DNA of 62,205 bases, filler included, from Choristocarpus tenellus KU-1152 (lineage: Eukaryota > Protista > Phaeophyceae): the NCBI GenBank assembly GCA_964200185.2. It is 11 parts of 11 records of this genome, joined end to end, with 100 filler letters (N's around TTAATTAATTAA, not from the genome) between each part and the next. Parts side by side here need not be neighbours in the genome. Positions count along the whole stretch, not along the records: positions 24,888 to 29,263 come from CAXNAD020014838.1; positions 29,364 to 34,001 come from CAXNAD020013684.1; positions 34,102 to 38,963 come from CAXNAD020012748.1; 8 more parts are not named here. One strand, 5' to 3'. The notes below the pieces were generated by a model. It was not told the DNA's origin, searched no databases, and saw nothing but the letters and a program-made list of their open reading frames with translations. A program made the translations under genes and the position numbers. Within the stretch, counting starts at the first letter, position 1; every line of letters begins with the position of its first letter. This document shows, one piece after another, positions 24,989 to 38,076 of the stretch.

Positions 24989-27900
24989 GTATTTTGAACG
25001 TATAGTAAAGTTTACTTCGATCAAAGAAAAACGATGACATCACCAACCCAAACCAAATACAATCAATATTGTTGAAAAAGTGGAATCTGGAACTGTCGCT
25101 TCTACCTGTTACCGTTGCTTGAAGGGAAGGGTCACGTCGAAGTGGTGGAGAACCAAGGAGTAGTTAGTAACCAAGGAGTAGGGAAATGCCCAGCTCAGAT
25201 GAAAGACGTGGATTGTCTGGGGCCCCCAAGGGGGGTTGGGGCACCTTTCGTGATGCTTCCATTAATTCTGGCACAGGAACGGACGCTTCAGGGGGTAGAT
25301 TTTTTAACTACTTGGGGGGTCCTCGCTCTCCGACGCAGGGACGATTGCCACTGCTCGCTCAAATTTCAAGCGGATCCAACAAATCTAGCACGTGAGTCCA
25401 CATATATATCTCAACTTTCACTCTTCTGCAAGTGTCAACAGTTGTACTGTGTGTGGAATCGCCACTTTCGCCTACCCTATCTGAGTTCGCATGATATTTT
25501 TCCTGTATTTGCTTGTTGAAATGTTCAGTGGGTCGTAAATTCTTACGTCAGGAAGACCTGTCCGTTTTACGGGTCCCCTAGATAAACATAACGATGCATG
25601 TTTGGCTAGGCCCCGATTCATAACCTCACAATTGCACTTCGTGTCTCCTCGATAATGTTCTTGGTTGGGGCAAGAATAAGCTCTTTTACTTTTGCGAGGG
25701 AGGGGCCCAAGCACCCAGCACTTTAGAGGACCTCAGTGTAAACGCTTGTAGTAATTGTCTCCATCGTACTTGTCCTCGTCGAATATTCGTCGGTGTGGTG
25801 ACCCTAAATCTGTAGGTCACAACCCCATGCCTGCCTTTATCTTTGATATGCACAACTGCCAGCCGCATATGTTTTAACTTGACCATGCTGTCGATTGCCA
25901 GGACTCCCACACCCGTACGTCATCTATTCATCCATCTACCCAACCATAGATGTATCAGTGTCCATCCATTCCTTGTGCACCGTATCTGTGGAGATTTTCA
26001 TATCCCAATCTTTTCTGAAGACAGACTTTGGTGTCCCAATGGCTTTGTGTTTTGCGAAAGCTGCGTTACACCTCATATCCTCTACAATGTAAATACCCCA
26101 TTACCCGCCGTTCACAGCTCTATGAGGGAGAGGTTTGGATCAGGGGACCTATTGCTAGGGGGTACAAAAAGTGGCGTATCTCCAGCCATGCATCGAAGAC
26201 GCATCCTTCTTGGCTACTCAACGGAGGGGATGGGGCCACTGCCTAACTCGGTAAGCTTTATTTGGGGGGAGGGAGGAGAGGATGTGTATGTGTTTGTTTG
26301 AAGGTGGTGGTACAGGGTGAACACATGACTAATGTAAATAGGAAGAGGGAGGCACATTGCGTCACCTATGGGATTTCCCCCTCCCACTCTTTCTTCACCC
26401 GATGCTCATCTTCAATAAGAAATAAACTCTGGACTGTGGGAGAGGTGAAATAAAAACAACAAATGTATTCTGGTGTTCGTTTTTGACATGACAGACACCG
26501 CCCCCCAAACTTCTGTATACACATGTATACCCTATTATATCAGGTGCTGTGTGAGTGAGGGTTTTCCACATGCATCTGCTATAGCCAAACATGCAATTTT
26601 TCCCCCATGCAAGCATGAACACATCTAGCTGAAAATGCATTGATACACACATTGCACACACGCATTAATGCACATGCATAATTGTATAACATGTATTACA
26701 TGTATTACATGTACACTTGCCCTCCTGTGCATGTTTTAATGAGCAGCGACCTCGGTCACAGACAGAGGGAAAGGGCCGACCGGAGTGGGAGCATCTCGAC
26801 GCCTTCCAGGTTTGGGATTGTTGAGTTAGGGTTAGGTTAAGGGTAGAGCTGGGTCTTGGTCTTGGTCAGGTCTGGGTTAGGTCTGGGATGTGATGCATTA
26901 GGTTTATAGTATGATACTTCACAAACTCAGGGGCACTAGGTTAGAGCTCTAGAGGATAGAAGTATTGTTGGTATTGCCACGATTTGTTACTGCTTTGAAG
27001 TATTGGTGTACTAATAATTGTGTACCACTGTATCGGTGCATTATTTTTGTTACTACATCGTTGGGTCAGGGTTATCAATTGCTCAGGTTTGATAAGAACA
27101 TTGAAAATATTCGATTTTGTGTGTGTATTGTTGTGAGGGCGGGAAAAAAGGAAATGGGGAAAGGGGCCTATAAACTACAAACTGGTCGTGTTAATGAGTA
27201 CTCTGCTTTTGTTTGTGGGGACAGGATGGGAAAAGGTTGAGGCAGCAGGTGCACGAGGAGTATTGCAAGTCCATTTTGGATTTGATCTGAGCCGCGCAAG
27301 GTCAAGATTTGGAGATCTTGTGTAATTTCTTGCCGAGTGGGTTGATTTCCATCTCTTGTTGGTGAAGTCTAGTGATAGCTGGGACGAAAGGCAGTGTCTG
27401 TCTTTTGACCCCTTGTAGCGACCTCTGTTTGTTGATAGCCGCCAGAAGTGTGTCAATAAAAACAGAAACACTTGTTGGTGGTAGAAGTCAGACACCACGC
27501 TGCAGTTCCTATTTTTTTTTATTTGCTTTCAGCGAACGATACAACAGGAGGAGTTGTGAGGCGGTACTTTTGAGTACGTTTGGTAAAAGATGAATGTCTT
27601 GTCTTGCCTGATATTTGAAAATTTCAAGAAGTTGAATATTGAGCAATTTGGGGTTGGTATTTATAGTACAATCCTGTTCACGCAAGGTCTAGGAAACACT
27701 CACTGAGTAAGTACTGTATAGGAAATTATTAAGTAAGAACTGCACCTGAGAAACCTCGTATTAACCCACATTTATATCTACGTTTTATTCACTTTTTCGA
27801 GGGGTGAAAGGCAGAATGACAAGTGGACTGTTGTAGTTTCGCCTCCGTTGCACCCCCTTGTTCACTGTGGGGTCTTTTTTGCCCTCACTATGTGATGGGG

Positions 27901-28262
27901 TTTTGACAACCTTGAGATAATAACTACATCAAAGTAGTGACCGGCGTCCATTAAATCACATCGAACATTTTTTGAAATGATTTGGAAGGGATGCAGGTTT
28001 GGACTTTACATTTTTGACTTTTGGCGTTGGCACTGTTGTAGTAGTAGGGATAGATTAGTATGACACTCCTAGGAATTGGTTTGTATGCTGAGTAGGAGTA
28101 GATTATGCGACACTTCTAGGGCTCTATATGCAATGCAAGTCTAAAATCGAATCACTACATTTAAAAAAAAATTCTACTATGAATTCATAAGTAGGATTTA
28201 TGACAATTCTAAAGTTTTTTCTATGCAGTCTCGTACTACAGGGCTCACTGATTGTCATTTAT

Positions 28263-28465
28263 GGGTAAAAGTATCTGTGGGGGGGGAGGGGGGTGCCGGC
28301 GTCCGTTTTTGACCCTGGCTCAAAGTATCTGGGGGGGTGGCGACTGTCCATTTGGGGCCAATTTTTTCATGTCGCGATTCTTGGGTGATTTGGTTCCGTA
28401 CATTGGATGGATAATGAAAGTGCACTTTTCCTGGTTTCGGTCCAAAAATGGACACTCTGGTGTAG

Positions 28466-28500
<35 letters not shown>

Positions 28501-28620
28501 CTTCTTTTCTTTTTTTCTCTTTTCTTTGCCTTCTTCTCCTCACAAAAACANNNNNNNNNCAAAAAAAAAAAGGGTGTGCTGGACGTATCTTGCCCCCCCC
28601 CCCCCCAGATACTTTGAGTC
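28263..28620 (+). mobile_element. Compound poly-G TIR element: ~53-bp mini-element plus a ~300-bp element
   Basis: GGGTAAAAGTATCTG(G)n...TTTTTGACCC, then T, then GGCTCAAAGTATCTGGGGGGG...CCCCCCAGATACTTTGAGTC. The whole unit is flanked by TTAT on both sides (28259-62, 28621-24). Confidence 0.8.
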
Positions 28621-29164
28621 TTATTTTTACTTCTTTTGTTCATCTCAGCTTTGTCCTCAAGAGCAAATAAGACAGGTGAGAAGACAGACAGACAGACTTC
28701 CAAATGCACCATACATGCAGTACCATTTTTTGGAGACCAATACATCAATCAATGAAGAGGACTGCGTGTGCATGATACATGCGTACCATATATCAGAGTC
28801 AGATGGACAGGCAGATGTGACCCTGACAAATAGGAAGGTTACCACACTTGCCGTACGTACATGCCATCTGTTGATACAGACAGGAAGGCGTTTGTGGGTA
28901 CAGACACACACACACACATTTTGTACATGCGATGGGCCTCTTGCTCACTTGATGACATGTTTGTTGTCAGTGCGCTTGTGTATCTCCAAGCTTTTTTTTT
29001 TTTTTTCTGGCAGTTTTGATCTTTGGTGGAGGAGCTCGATCAGTGTGCTCCCCCTTCCCTTCCTCCCTGGTGTTTTGAAGGTCTCTTTGTTTACTGCTCC
29101 TATCCTCTCGAAGTTGCAAAGTGGCCTGAAAATGAGTTTCATGTTAGTTTCATGTCTGGTCCCT

Positions 29165-29213
<49 letters not shown>

Positions 29214-29485
29214 TTTTTTTTTTTTTTTTCTCCCTCCCCCTCCTCTCCCCCCCCCCTCTCCCCNNNNNNNNNNNNNNNNNNNNNNNNNNNNNNNNNNNNN
29301 NNNNNNNTTAATTAATTAANNNNNNNNNNNNNNNNNNNNNNNNNNNNNNNNNNNNNNNNNNNNTTTTTGTTTGTAGTTATGTTTGTTTTGTTGTTTTGTT
29401 GGTTTGTTGGTACCGGCCCCCCCCCCCCCCCCCCCCAAATAAATATGTATATATATACACATGCTCGTCCCTACCTTTGCGCAAG

Positions 29486-31724
29486 TTTCTTCACAGTAAG
29501 AGGATCCTTCACGGGAACCTGAAGAGTAACAACATCCTGGTGTTTGAGAATCATCGACTCAAGTAAGCTCTAATAGGATATTACTAATAGGATATTACTA
29601 ATAGGATATGTATTAGGCACAAGAGAAACAAGTAGAGGACACCTCACTATGTTGCTCATAAATTTTCTCTCCTTCACACATCCCGTACACGGGTTTATGA
29701 TGGTTTGTGATGGCTTCACTTTGAAGTCCTACATTTAGAAAGAAAACACTAAGGTTTATGATGGTTTATGATGGTTTATGATGTTTTTTTTCTTGTTGCT
29801 ACTTGTGTGCGGGGGAGGGGGAAAGAAAGGGTGATGCATACGTAGGCATGCAGCTGTGGTGAGACAAGTTGTCTGTTGTGTTGTCTGTTGTGTTGGTAGG
29901 AAGGATAGTTCATTGTTCTCCTTGTGAAGGAGGTCATGCAGGGTACAGCAACCACAGGTCCTACTGCAGCAGCACTCTGCACTATTATTGTTATTTTTTC
30001 TGCTCTGTGCACTCATAGTCCACAATATACTCAAAGCCCCAGCCCAGGGATTCGAGTCCGGTTTTGAATCTAAGGTTCACGACTGAATACCCCCCTCCCC
30101 CCCCCAATTGTGAAGTGTCGAAGTTTAACTTGTCCTCTTTGTGGGGGGGGTATGTACTGTGTACTGTGCATCATGTGCTGTTGATTGATGTGGACTGTTG
30201 GGTTTGTCCGTGGGTTGATTGATGTGGACTGATGGGTTTGTCCGTGGGTTGATTGATGTGGACAGGTTGTGTGACTTTGGAATGGTCAAGCTGAGGGAGT
30301 TGGGCACTGGGACTGATGGTATAGGCTCGACGGCCTATATTGCTCCAGAGGTGTTGGATGATCATGAGCCAACACAACGCTCTGACCTTTACAGGCATGC
30401 AAAAGTATTATTGTTTTTGGTGGGTTTGACTGGGGGGGGGGGGGAGGAGGGATGGGGGAGGGCAGTGGGTGGTGGCAGGAGAGGCATATAGTAACTGTTT
30501 GAGAGGGGAATACTGTTGTGGAGTTGGTATTGGATGGTGTGCATGCTTTGTGTGAGAGTGGGGTTGGAGTTGGTGCTGGTTGTCATGTATCTTTTATTTT
30601 TTGTTATAGGTTAAATATTGTTAATTTTTGTTAATTCACACGGGGTGCCTCACATTAGTTTATAGTGATACTAGTGTAAAGTGATCTTAGTGTAAAGTGA
30701 TATTAGTTTGAATTGATATTAGTGTGAAGTGATATTAGTTTAAAGTGATCTTAGTGTAAAGTGATATTAGTTTAAATTGATATTAGTGTAAAGTGATCTT
30801 AGTGTAATCACTTTTTGTAAGTGTCGATCGATTTAATTAAAAGGTTAGGTTTTTGATCTATTTAATTTTGTGTGTGTGTGTGTTGATGGGCTACAATTTT
30901 TTTTTGTGGAAAGTTTTTTTGTTGATTGTGTGAAGAGAGGTGTCAGAATGATTGTAATCGTGATTGATTTGATTTTGATTTGTATGATGCAAGAGGGAAA
31001 AAATAATAATATCTTCTACTTCCAGTGTTGAAGAGATACGTCTTCAACACTCTGTAAGGAAATGCTCTGTAGCGCCATGGGGCTGTGGGAATAGTTTCGG
31101 GACTGGATTGTGTCAACAGGTTGTGAAGTGTGAAGTGTGTACTCTCTCAGTGTGTCGTATGCCCAATACAGATTATTATTGTTATTATTGTTATTATTAC
31201 TACATTGTGCTGGGAGCAGATAGACGCCTGCCTTTATGAAGTAAAACTTTACAATAATTTTATTGTTATTGTTATTATTATTATTATTACATTGTAAGCT
31301 GTTGTCGCTTCAATCCCATCAGGCGATGTAGTCCCATTTATTCACAGTTCTTCTGACAAAGTGCACTCTTATTTCTTTTTTCTCCCCCTTCCCCCTCATG
31401 GAAAAATAAATAAATGTGTTGACTGATTGGAAACGACTATTTTTCCAAAAATTGGCTGTCACCTACCTGCCTCATCCGTCATCAGCTTTGGAATGTGCAT
31501 CCATGAGGTGTTGACCGGAAGGATCCCCTTCGCTGGCAAGAGTATGGCCAAGGTGAGGGTTAAGAATGTTGGAGATAGGGTTAGGGTTAGGGTCAGGGTT
31601 GCGCATAGGGTTTGGGCTTGCTCTTCAACAGTATCTACTACAATTGCTTTCTGATGGTAAAATTGTGTAGCAAATTCGTGTTAATATTATTCTTTTTGTA
31701 TATATTATTCTTTTTGTATGTATG

Positions 31725-31757
<33 letters not shown>

Positions 31758-33894
31758 GTATTTTTACAGTGCTGTAGAGATAGATACTGTTGACTCTTTT
31801 CCTGTTTTTTGTGATTGTCACTATAATTTTTGTCTTGTCTTTAGTGGCCGGGGACTGTGTGACAATGGCCCTTATCTGGTCCTAGCCTAAAAACATTTTA
31901 TTTTCTTCTGTGCATTTTTTAATTTTATTTTTTCATAATTAATCCCCCCACCCCCACCCCATAATTAATTACCCAGACTATTGCTGCAGTTCTCACCAAG
32001 GGCCTTCGCCCTGGTTTCCTTGAAGGGGAAGAGGAGTCGCTGCCAGAGGGTCTGGTTAAGCTGATGGATATGTGTTGGACACAGTTTCCTGATTCAAGGC
32101 CAGAGAGCTTTGAAGTGGTGGTGCAGGAGCTGTCTCACATCTTAAAAGATGTTGGGGGGGACCCTCGAGGAATAGCCTCTCTCCATGCCATGAGAGATAG
32201 AGAGGTGGGATGTGGTATGGGTCTCTCTTTGAAAAGAGGGGGAGAGGGTTGTGATTTTTTGAACACGAGCAGTTATATTTATATATATATATATATTCTT
32301 TAATTTTTTATGTGGGTTGGGGGGGGGGTTGAAATAAAGTTTTACAGGACCCTTCGTTTTTGTTGATTTTTTAAAATTATTATTATTATGATTGGTGAAC
32401 TTCTTTAGTTTGTTTGTAACTCCAGTGTTGGCAGAGTGGTGCTCTCTGTGAATTGATCCTGTTGTTGTAGCAGAGGTTTACTCTGATCTCTGTGAATTGA
32501 TCCTGGATGGTGTTTACTTTGGGCGATGACAGATACTGGTTGATTTTTTATATTTTTATATTTATATATTTATATATTTTGCGTGGTTTGTGTCCCTTTT
32601 TTATTTTTATTTTTATCAGTAGATCTTTCTTTTGTGAATAAGCATGCGGTTCTGTGTTGAGGAAAGCAATTTGTGTGGAAAATGTGTGGAAAATGTGTGG
32701 AAAATGTGTGGAAAATGTGTGGAAAATTAATGTCCGATGAAACGTTTGGGGCTTTCATCGGGATGGCCAATTAGGAACTGAAAGGTCCATGGCCCTGACA
32801 GGTTCTGTTCATTTCTAGTATGTCCAGACCAGGTCCACCAAGTAATTAGAAACTGTTTAGTCCATGGGCCAGACAGGTTCCATAATTTTCTAGCATGTTG
32901 GCTATTCTAGTATGTGATGAGGTGTTGGCTATTCTATGAAGAACTTACGAAGAAATATTTAAGAAAAAAAAAAAAACATGGCTATTCCGAAGTGCATTTT
33001 GAGATATAAAAAAAAAAATTGAGATGTGGTTTGACCAGGTCACCCTGACTCATCTCATCATCCCTGCTCTGTTTGTGGTTTTTGTCACATATATCTCCAA
33101 ATATATATATATATTTATATGTATATATATAATTAAAATAGGCTTACGCAGTTTATTCATCGCCTTTGTTCATTTTGCCCAGAAGTGCCCCTCAGCAACA
33201 ACATGTATGAGAATATTTGACAGGTTGGTGCTCTGTTCCCAACCCTCTCAACTTATGACTTTTTGCATATTATTTCCCCAGTCTTTTATGTCATCTCCCT
33301 TCCCTCCATCCATCCATCCATCCAGTCCCTGCCGAGCTTTGGAAATGAAAATTGCTATGAAAATTGCCCCTCAGTATTCCTCCCAACTCCCAGTACCTTA
33401 ATCCTCTCTTATTGCCCTCTTGTCCCTCTGCTGTGATTTCAGATCCCCCCCTCCCTTACCCCTTGGTCATCTTCTTAGTGTGAAATATGCTCTGTAAGTA
33501 ACTAATGCCATCGCCTTCCTTCTTCACGTAGACCTCTTCGGTGAGGAGGGGCTCCGGCAGGGGAAGGGCTAGTAGCGTGAACAGTGTGGATGAAGGCTCA
33601 GGCAGCAGCATGAACATTGACAATAGTGCTAGGGATGACACCAAGGTCAGAGAGCTGGAGCTGCAGATACATATGCTTCAGAGGAAGATTAGAGGTTCCG
33701 TTGGTTCCAGTATGTCTGTCGAATCTGAATTGAATGGGAGCAGCTTTGGTGGTAATGACCCCCGATGGGGGAAGGGGAGGGGAGGGGAGAGGAACTGGGC
33801 ATGGAAGAGTGAGGCTAGTCGTGCAACAGGCAGTGAAATAGGCATTGCAACTTCTCCAGTCACCATTGATGAAGGTTGGTGCTCTGGAGAGTGA
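29486..33894 (+). CDS. Tyrosine-kinase-like (TKL) kinase, C-terminal half; probable pseudokinase (HGN catalytic loop)
   Basis: Exons 29486-29562 (FLHSKRILHGNLKSNNILV), 30266-30394 (LCDFG...YIAPE...SDLYS, GC donor), 31486-31552 (FGMCIHEVLTGRIPF), 31977-32204 (LRP...CW...RP) and 33532-~33894 (Ser/Gly-rich tail; end uncertain). Confidence 0.88.
30180..30263. repeat. 34-bp tandem repeat x2.5 ending at a splice acceptor
   Basis: gttgattgatgtggac starts at 30180, 30214 and 30248, followed directly by AG and the exon. Confidence 0.9.
30656..30807. repeat. 16-bp minisatellite (TAGTKTAAAGTGATMT) x ~9.5
   Basis: Direct tandem array in a kinase intron. Confidence 0.92.
32673..32726. repeat. 11-bp tandem repeat (TGTGTGGAAAA) x5
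   Basis: Direct tandem array. Confidence 0.92.
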
Positions 33895-34101
33895 GGAGGG
33901 GGGCTGGGGGGGGGGGGGGGGGGGGGGGGGGTGGGAAGTGGGGGGGGGGGGGGGGGGGGGGGGGGAGGGGGGGGGGTGGGGGGGGGGGCGCGTAGTAAAA
34001 ANNNNNNNNNNNNNNNNNNNNNNNNNNNNNNNNNNNNNNNNNNNNTTAATTAATTAANNNNNNNNNNNNNNNNNNNNNNNNNNNNNNNNNNNNNNNNNNN
34101 N

Positions 34102-34343
34102 CCGAAACATTTCCAAAAAAAGAACACATATCCCGGGCCCTTCCAAGTGCAAAAACAGTTGCAAAAAAAAACTTTTCGGCACTTTTTCAAGACCGTTTTC
34201 GCAGAACAACCATCCTCAATTTTTTAAATCCACTATTATCTACATTATTCATCTGACATATGCAACCAAATTACCCAAAAAGCGCGATATGAAAAATCAA
34301 CCTCAAATAGACAGCTGCCACCCCCCTCCAGATACTTTGAGCC
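34102..34343 (-). mobile_element. Truncated poly-G TIR element ending CAGATACTTTGAGCC
   Basis: Terminal GACAGCTGCCACCCCCCTCCAGATACTTTGAGCC resembles 12933-12965; lies at the contig start. Confidence 0.7.
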
Positions 34344-36915
34344 ATTGGGGAGTGACTCCTTCACCCTAAAGAACGGTTTAATCATGAAGCAAAATTCACA
34401 TCTATCTAGAGATAGTTCGACACTTACCATATACAGGTCCGTTATGTACGTACATACGTATTATCTACGCCCCCTAACAATTTGCAGATGTGTCAGGGGC
34501 GAGGGAACCAAGACCAAAGCTATTTTTGAAGCACTGCCATAACTGTAGATGCAACAGTTGATGTCAACCCTAAGATACCTCCCTAGAATATCTATTTGAA
34601 TACTACTAACAATACAGCAATTTCCCATCATTGGAGATTGTTCTCTACTAAGTAATGTGTAAACTGATGTGCTTCTAACCTAGATTTGCCCTCCAAAGGT
34701 GAGCGAGTAGTTAGGGAAGAGGCCTGAGAATCTGTCAGGCCTCTACCTTGAAACCCACGACATGTCTTGAGAGAGTCACTTGTGCAGTGATGACACTATC
34801 TGTTTCCAACAAGACTTGACAGCCCCTTTCCGGCAATGCCCTCCAGTTCCTAACCCTAGTGCATGGGTAACCAAACTCATCCAGGAAGCTCTCTCCTTGC
34901 TTATTAAGCATTGAGATTAAACTGTGAGGGTCAAAAGATCGTCAGAGTGGGTCCTTTATATGACCTTAAGGGGTTCTGACTCCTCAACTCCGACTAGAAG
35001 TACCCATCATCCTCCGATTTCCTACCTCCTCTCAAACCATACAAAGGAATAAAAACAGAGGTGGTGGAGTCAGTGGAACAGTATGGTCAAAAAAGAAACC
35101 AACGGCAGTGTGAAATAGTACTCTTGAGAATATACTTTCAACAGTATAAATGTATACTTCTACATTTACTCCTCTGCTGGAGGTCCAAGGTTGAAGGAAG
35201 TCAAGTCCTACAGTGAGTTACAGAAAGCAGAGAAAGAGTGACAGGGCCAATATTGTCAGTTTCAATAAGCTTCGCACCACATACATGTTCAATTGACTCC
35301 ATCGTGCACCAGGACTTATCATCCGCCTTGCCACAAAAGCTCGATTCTCATGTGGCAAAGGGGTCAACCTAATTTCTCTAACTTATGGTCCAGATTGGTG
35401 TGTAGTTGCACAATAAATTACAAGATAATAATAATATTAATTTCAAGAAAATATCAAATCAAACCAACAGGAACTGTTGATATTGACAAAGGAGTCTCCG
35501 TTCTTCCATGAAGTTTGTCTGATAGACATTACCACCACATACTATGCCTACCTTGCATCATTTAACCACTTAATACACAATAACGAAATTGTACGCAGGT
35601 CCCAACAGCATCCAACAAATTGTATGGTTACAATATTAACAGGAGGAACTTCCCACAACAGTTAGTTACCCTCCCCACTTGTCAGTCTCCTCAGCTATCC
35701 CCATGGAACACTACCCACAGTGTCAAGATAAAGCAAACCTACATGAACTAACAAGTCCCACAAGAGTTTCGGCACCTCTCCACGAATAATACTAGAAAAA
35801 CATTGGCCATATGTACACAGTGATTGACCAAAGTGTTGCGAGTCTAACCTCTTATGACAGAGCTCACGTAATGTGGTATGGCAGTAGAAAATATCCATTG
35901 GGGTCACAGGGGAGGTGCAAGCCTTTGCCTTATTGAGGGAGATCCACTGACAACGAGCTAGCTTCTTCACAGCCTATCACACTGGAATGCATAGTGACCT
36001 CGTAGAGCTCTATTTATTTTAATTGCTAACAAGCTAACAACCACAGCAAGCTGACAAAACCAAATATTGCTGTGCTTTGCAAGCCATTCAAGATTGATTC
36101 ACAGCAAACTGTGTGGTGATTCCCAATGAAGCAACAAGTTCCACAACTCTTGGGAGGCCTAACAAAGGGTATTATAAAATGGAAACGTTCTTGCTGGTGT
36201 TGGCAGCGCATGGCTACCAACATGCACATAGTCAACCTTGGCTCAAAAAATAGTTTGCATTTTCATCTTCAACCCCTTGTGGATACCCTAACCCTTCCAC
36301 TCTAAACGAGGCAACCTCTAAACAACTCTCTCAAGGGATAGTAACACCCACCACGAGGAACAATATTCCTCATAAAAATACAGCCAGGAGTAGGTACAGA
36401 CCATTCAGCCAGAATGTGCTATCAAACACTTCACACTACGCTACTACCGATATTCTTTTTCTTACTGTACATGAACACACACATTCACTGCCCAAGGGAT
36501 CAATTAAAAAATCCCCCAACAGGGCCTGCTCTTGCAGATATATGCTCCTGATGCTACCTAGTATGGCGATAATTCCCTCCACACTTCTTCAAAAAGACCA
36601 TTCCATCTCAACAGTCACACACGACACAACTTTATTTTGACTTACAAGTCTGTGTGTGTGTTTTCTTGGTTGTGTATGTGTTGCAACAGAATTTAGTCAC
36701 TTTGAATGCTTCGAGAGGTGCAGCCTTAACAGTATTCAGATAAAAAAACTAATCCTTGAACAGAAGCAGTAAACAGCATCCCCTTGCTAGCTCTGGATGA
36801 CAGACTATTTTGCCCCCTCCCCTCCCTCGAACAGGTGGAGGGTGGAGAATCCACCCTAGAGGGACATCCCACAGGTTCAATTCTGTTCATCAAAACGTCA
36901 AGACATGTCAAGGCA

Positions 36916-38076
36916 TTAACCTTGAACTTTTCTGACGATCTTCTGAGTAGCAATGACCTGATACGTCGTGAGGAAGCATGGGTGGTACAGTGGGTAAGAC
37001 CAATGGTTTTATGTCTTCAGAAATACAACTACCACTCCATCATCAGGAAGTAGACTACAGCATCAAAATGAACCGTGTTAAGCCACCTAATTATCAAGTC
37101 TCTCTATCAAACAGGAACAATTTCCTCAAATCCATACTTCTGTATCTTAAATAAACCTCCCATCTCTTTGCTCAAACAAGCCTCGATCTTACACAGGCAA
37201 CCCTCTATCCTTGATCTCCCTTTGCCACCCCGATGGAGAGGGTTTGTCCTCACCGACTTGACAGCTGCCCGGAGCTTCCTTTGCGCATTGAAAAGGACCA
37301 GTTTCTGGAGGTTCTTGTCAAGGTTATGTGAGAGAAGATCAACGTCCTTGCTAAGGAGCCATGGGTGACTTACTGCCCCCCCTGCAGTGAGACGCTTCTT
37401 TGGGTCCACTGTCAAGAGCTTGCGGATAAGGTCCTTATAAAAAAATTCCACATCAAGGCGAGTCCAGACATGAGGTAAAAGTCATACAGTGAAAGGAGGG
37501 TAACAATGGTTAGACAAATGGGGGGCAGGGAGGTAGGGGCAATCAAGTGAACCAGCCCGATGCAGATTGTAATACCTGGAATACCAGGTAAATAATACCA
37601 GAGATACATCGCACCATAACTACTCCTCACAAGATGTTGTGAGGATACTGGAGCAGTCCTTCCTTTCCTTTCGTGCTACACACGGGACACACACGGGACA
37701 GATAACGACATTTCCACACTCCCATTATGTAAATGGGATCAGGCATGCAAAATACCTCCCTCTGGTCTTAAGGGATAGAGAGACTGTTGACAATCACCAT
37801 GGCAGGCGATAACCATTGACACCGACACACAGGTGCACTCCAGAGAAAAAAAAGACAGGTGCAAATGAGTTCAGGAGGACCACACTAATAACCCTAACCC
37901 TGAGTCTATGATGTTACCTTGGCCTCACTGGAGACATGTCCCCAGTACTCATTGTGGAACTTGAAGTTGCCTCTCTTGATCTTTCTGAAGAGGCGTGTTT
38001 GGTTCTCATCCTGGAAGGGGGGGTAACCCCCTAGGAGAATGTAGATGATTACACCAATGCTCCACATGTCCACAGA
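36916..38076 (-). CDS. CAMK-group (CaMK1-like) Ser/Thr kinase, last three exons
   Basis: Exons 38076-37918 (SVDMWSIGVIIYILLGGYPPFQDEN...WGHVSSEAK), 37433-37254 (DLIRKLLTVDPKKRLTA...HPW...FNAQRKLRAAVKS, a CaM-binding-like segment) and 36957-36916 (VIATQKIVRKVQG*). Confidence 0.92.

Noticed and set aside
24836-25046. Poly-Val and poly-Ser ORFs
   Set aside because: Translations of a trinucleotide microsatellite.
25090-26260. Coding-like stretches that might be a retroelement remnant (also 14440-14900 and 40140-41000)
   Set aside because: No RT, RNase H, integrase or protease motif recognised in any frame; needs a BLASTX search.
28526-29311. Longest ORF in the track (261 aa)
   Set aside because: Runs through N gaps, homopolymers and repeat sequence; no protein features.
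31024-31051. Perfect 11-bp stem-loop resembling a terminator
   Set aside because: Eukaryotic intron, no U-tract, single occurrence.
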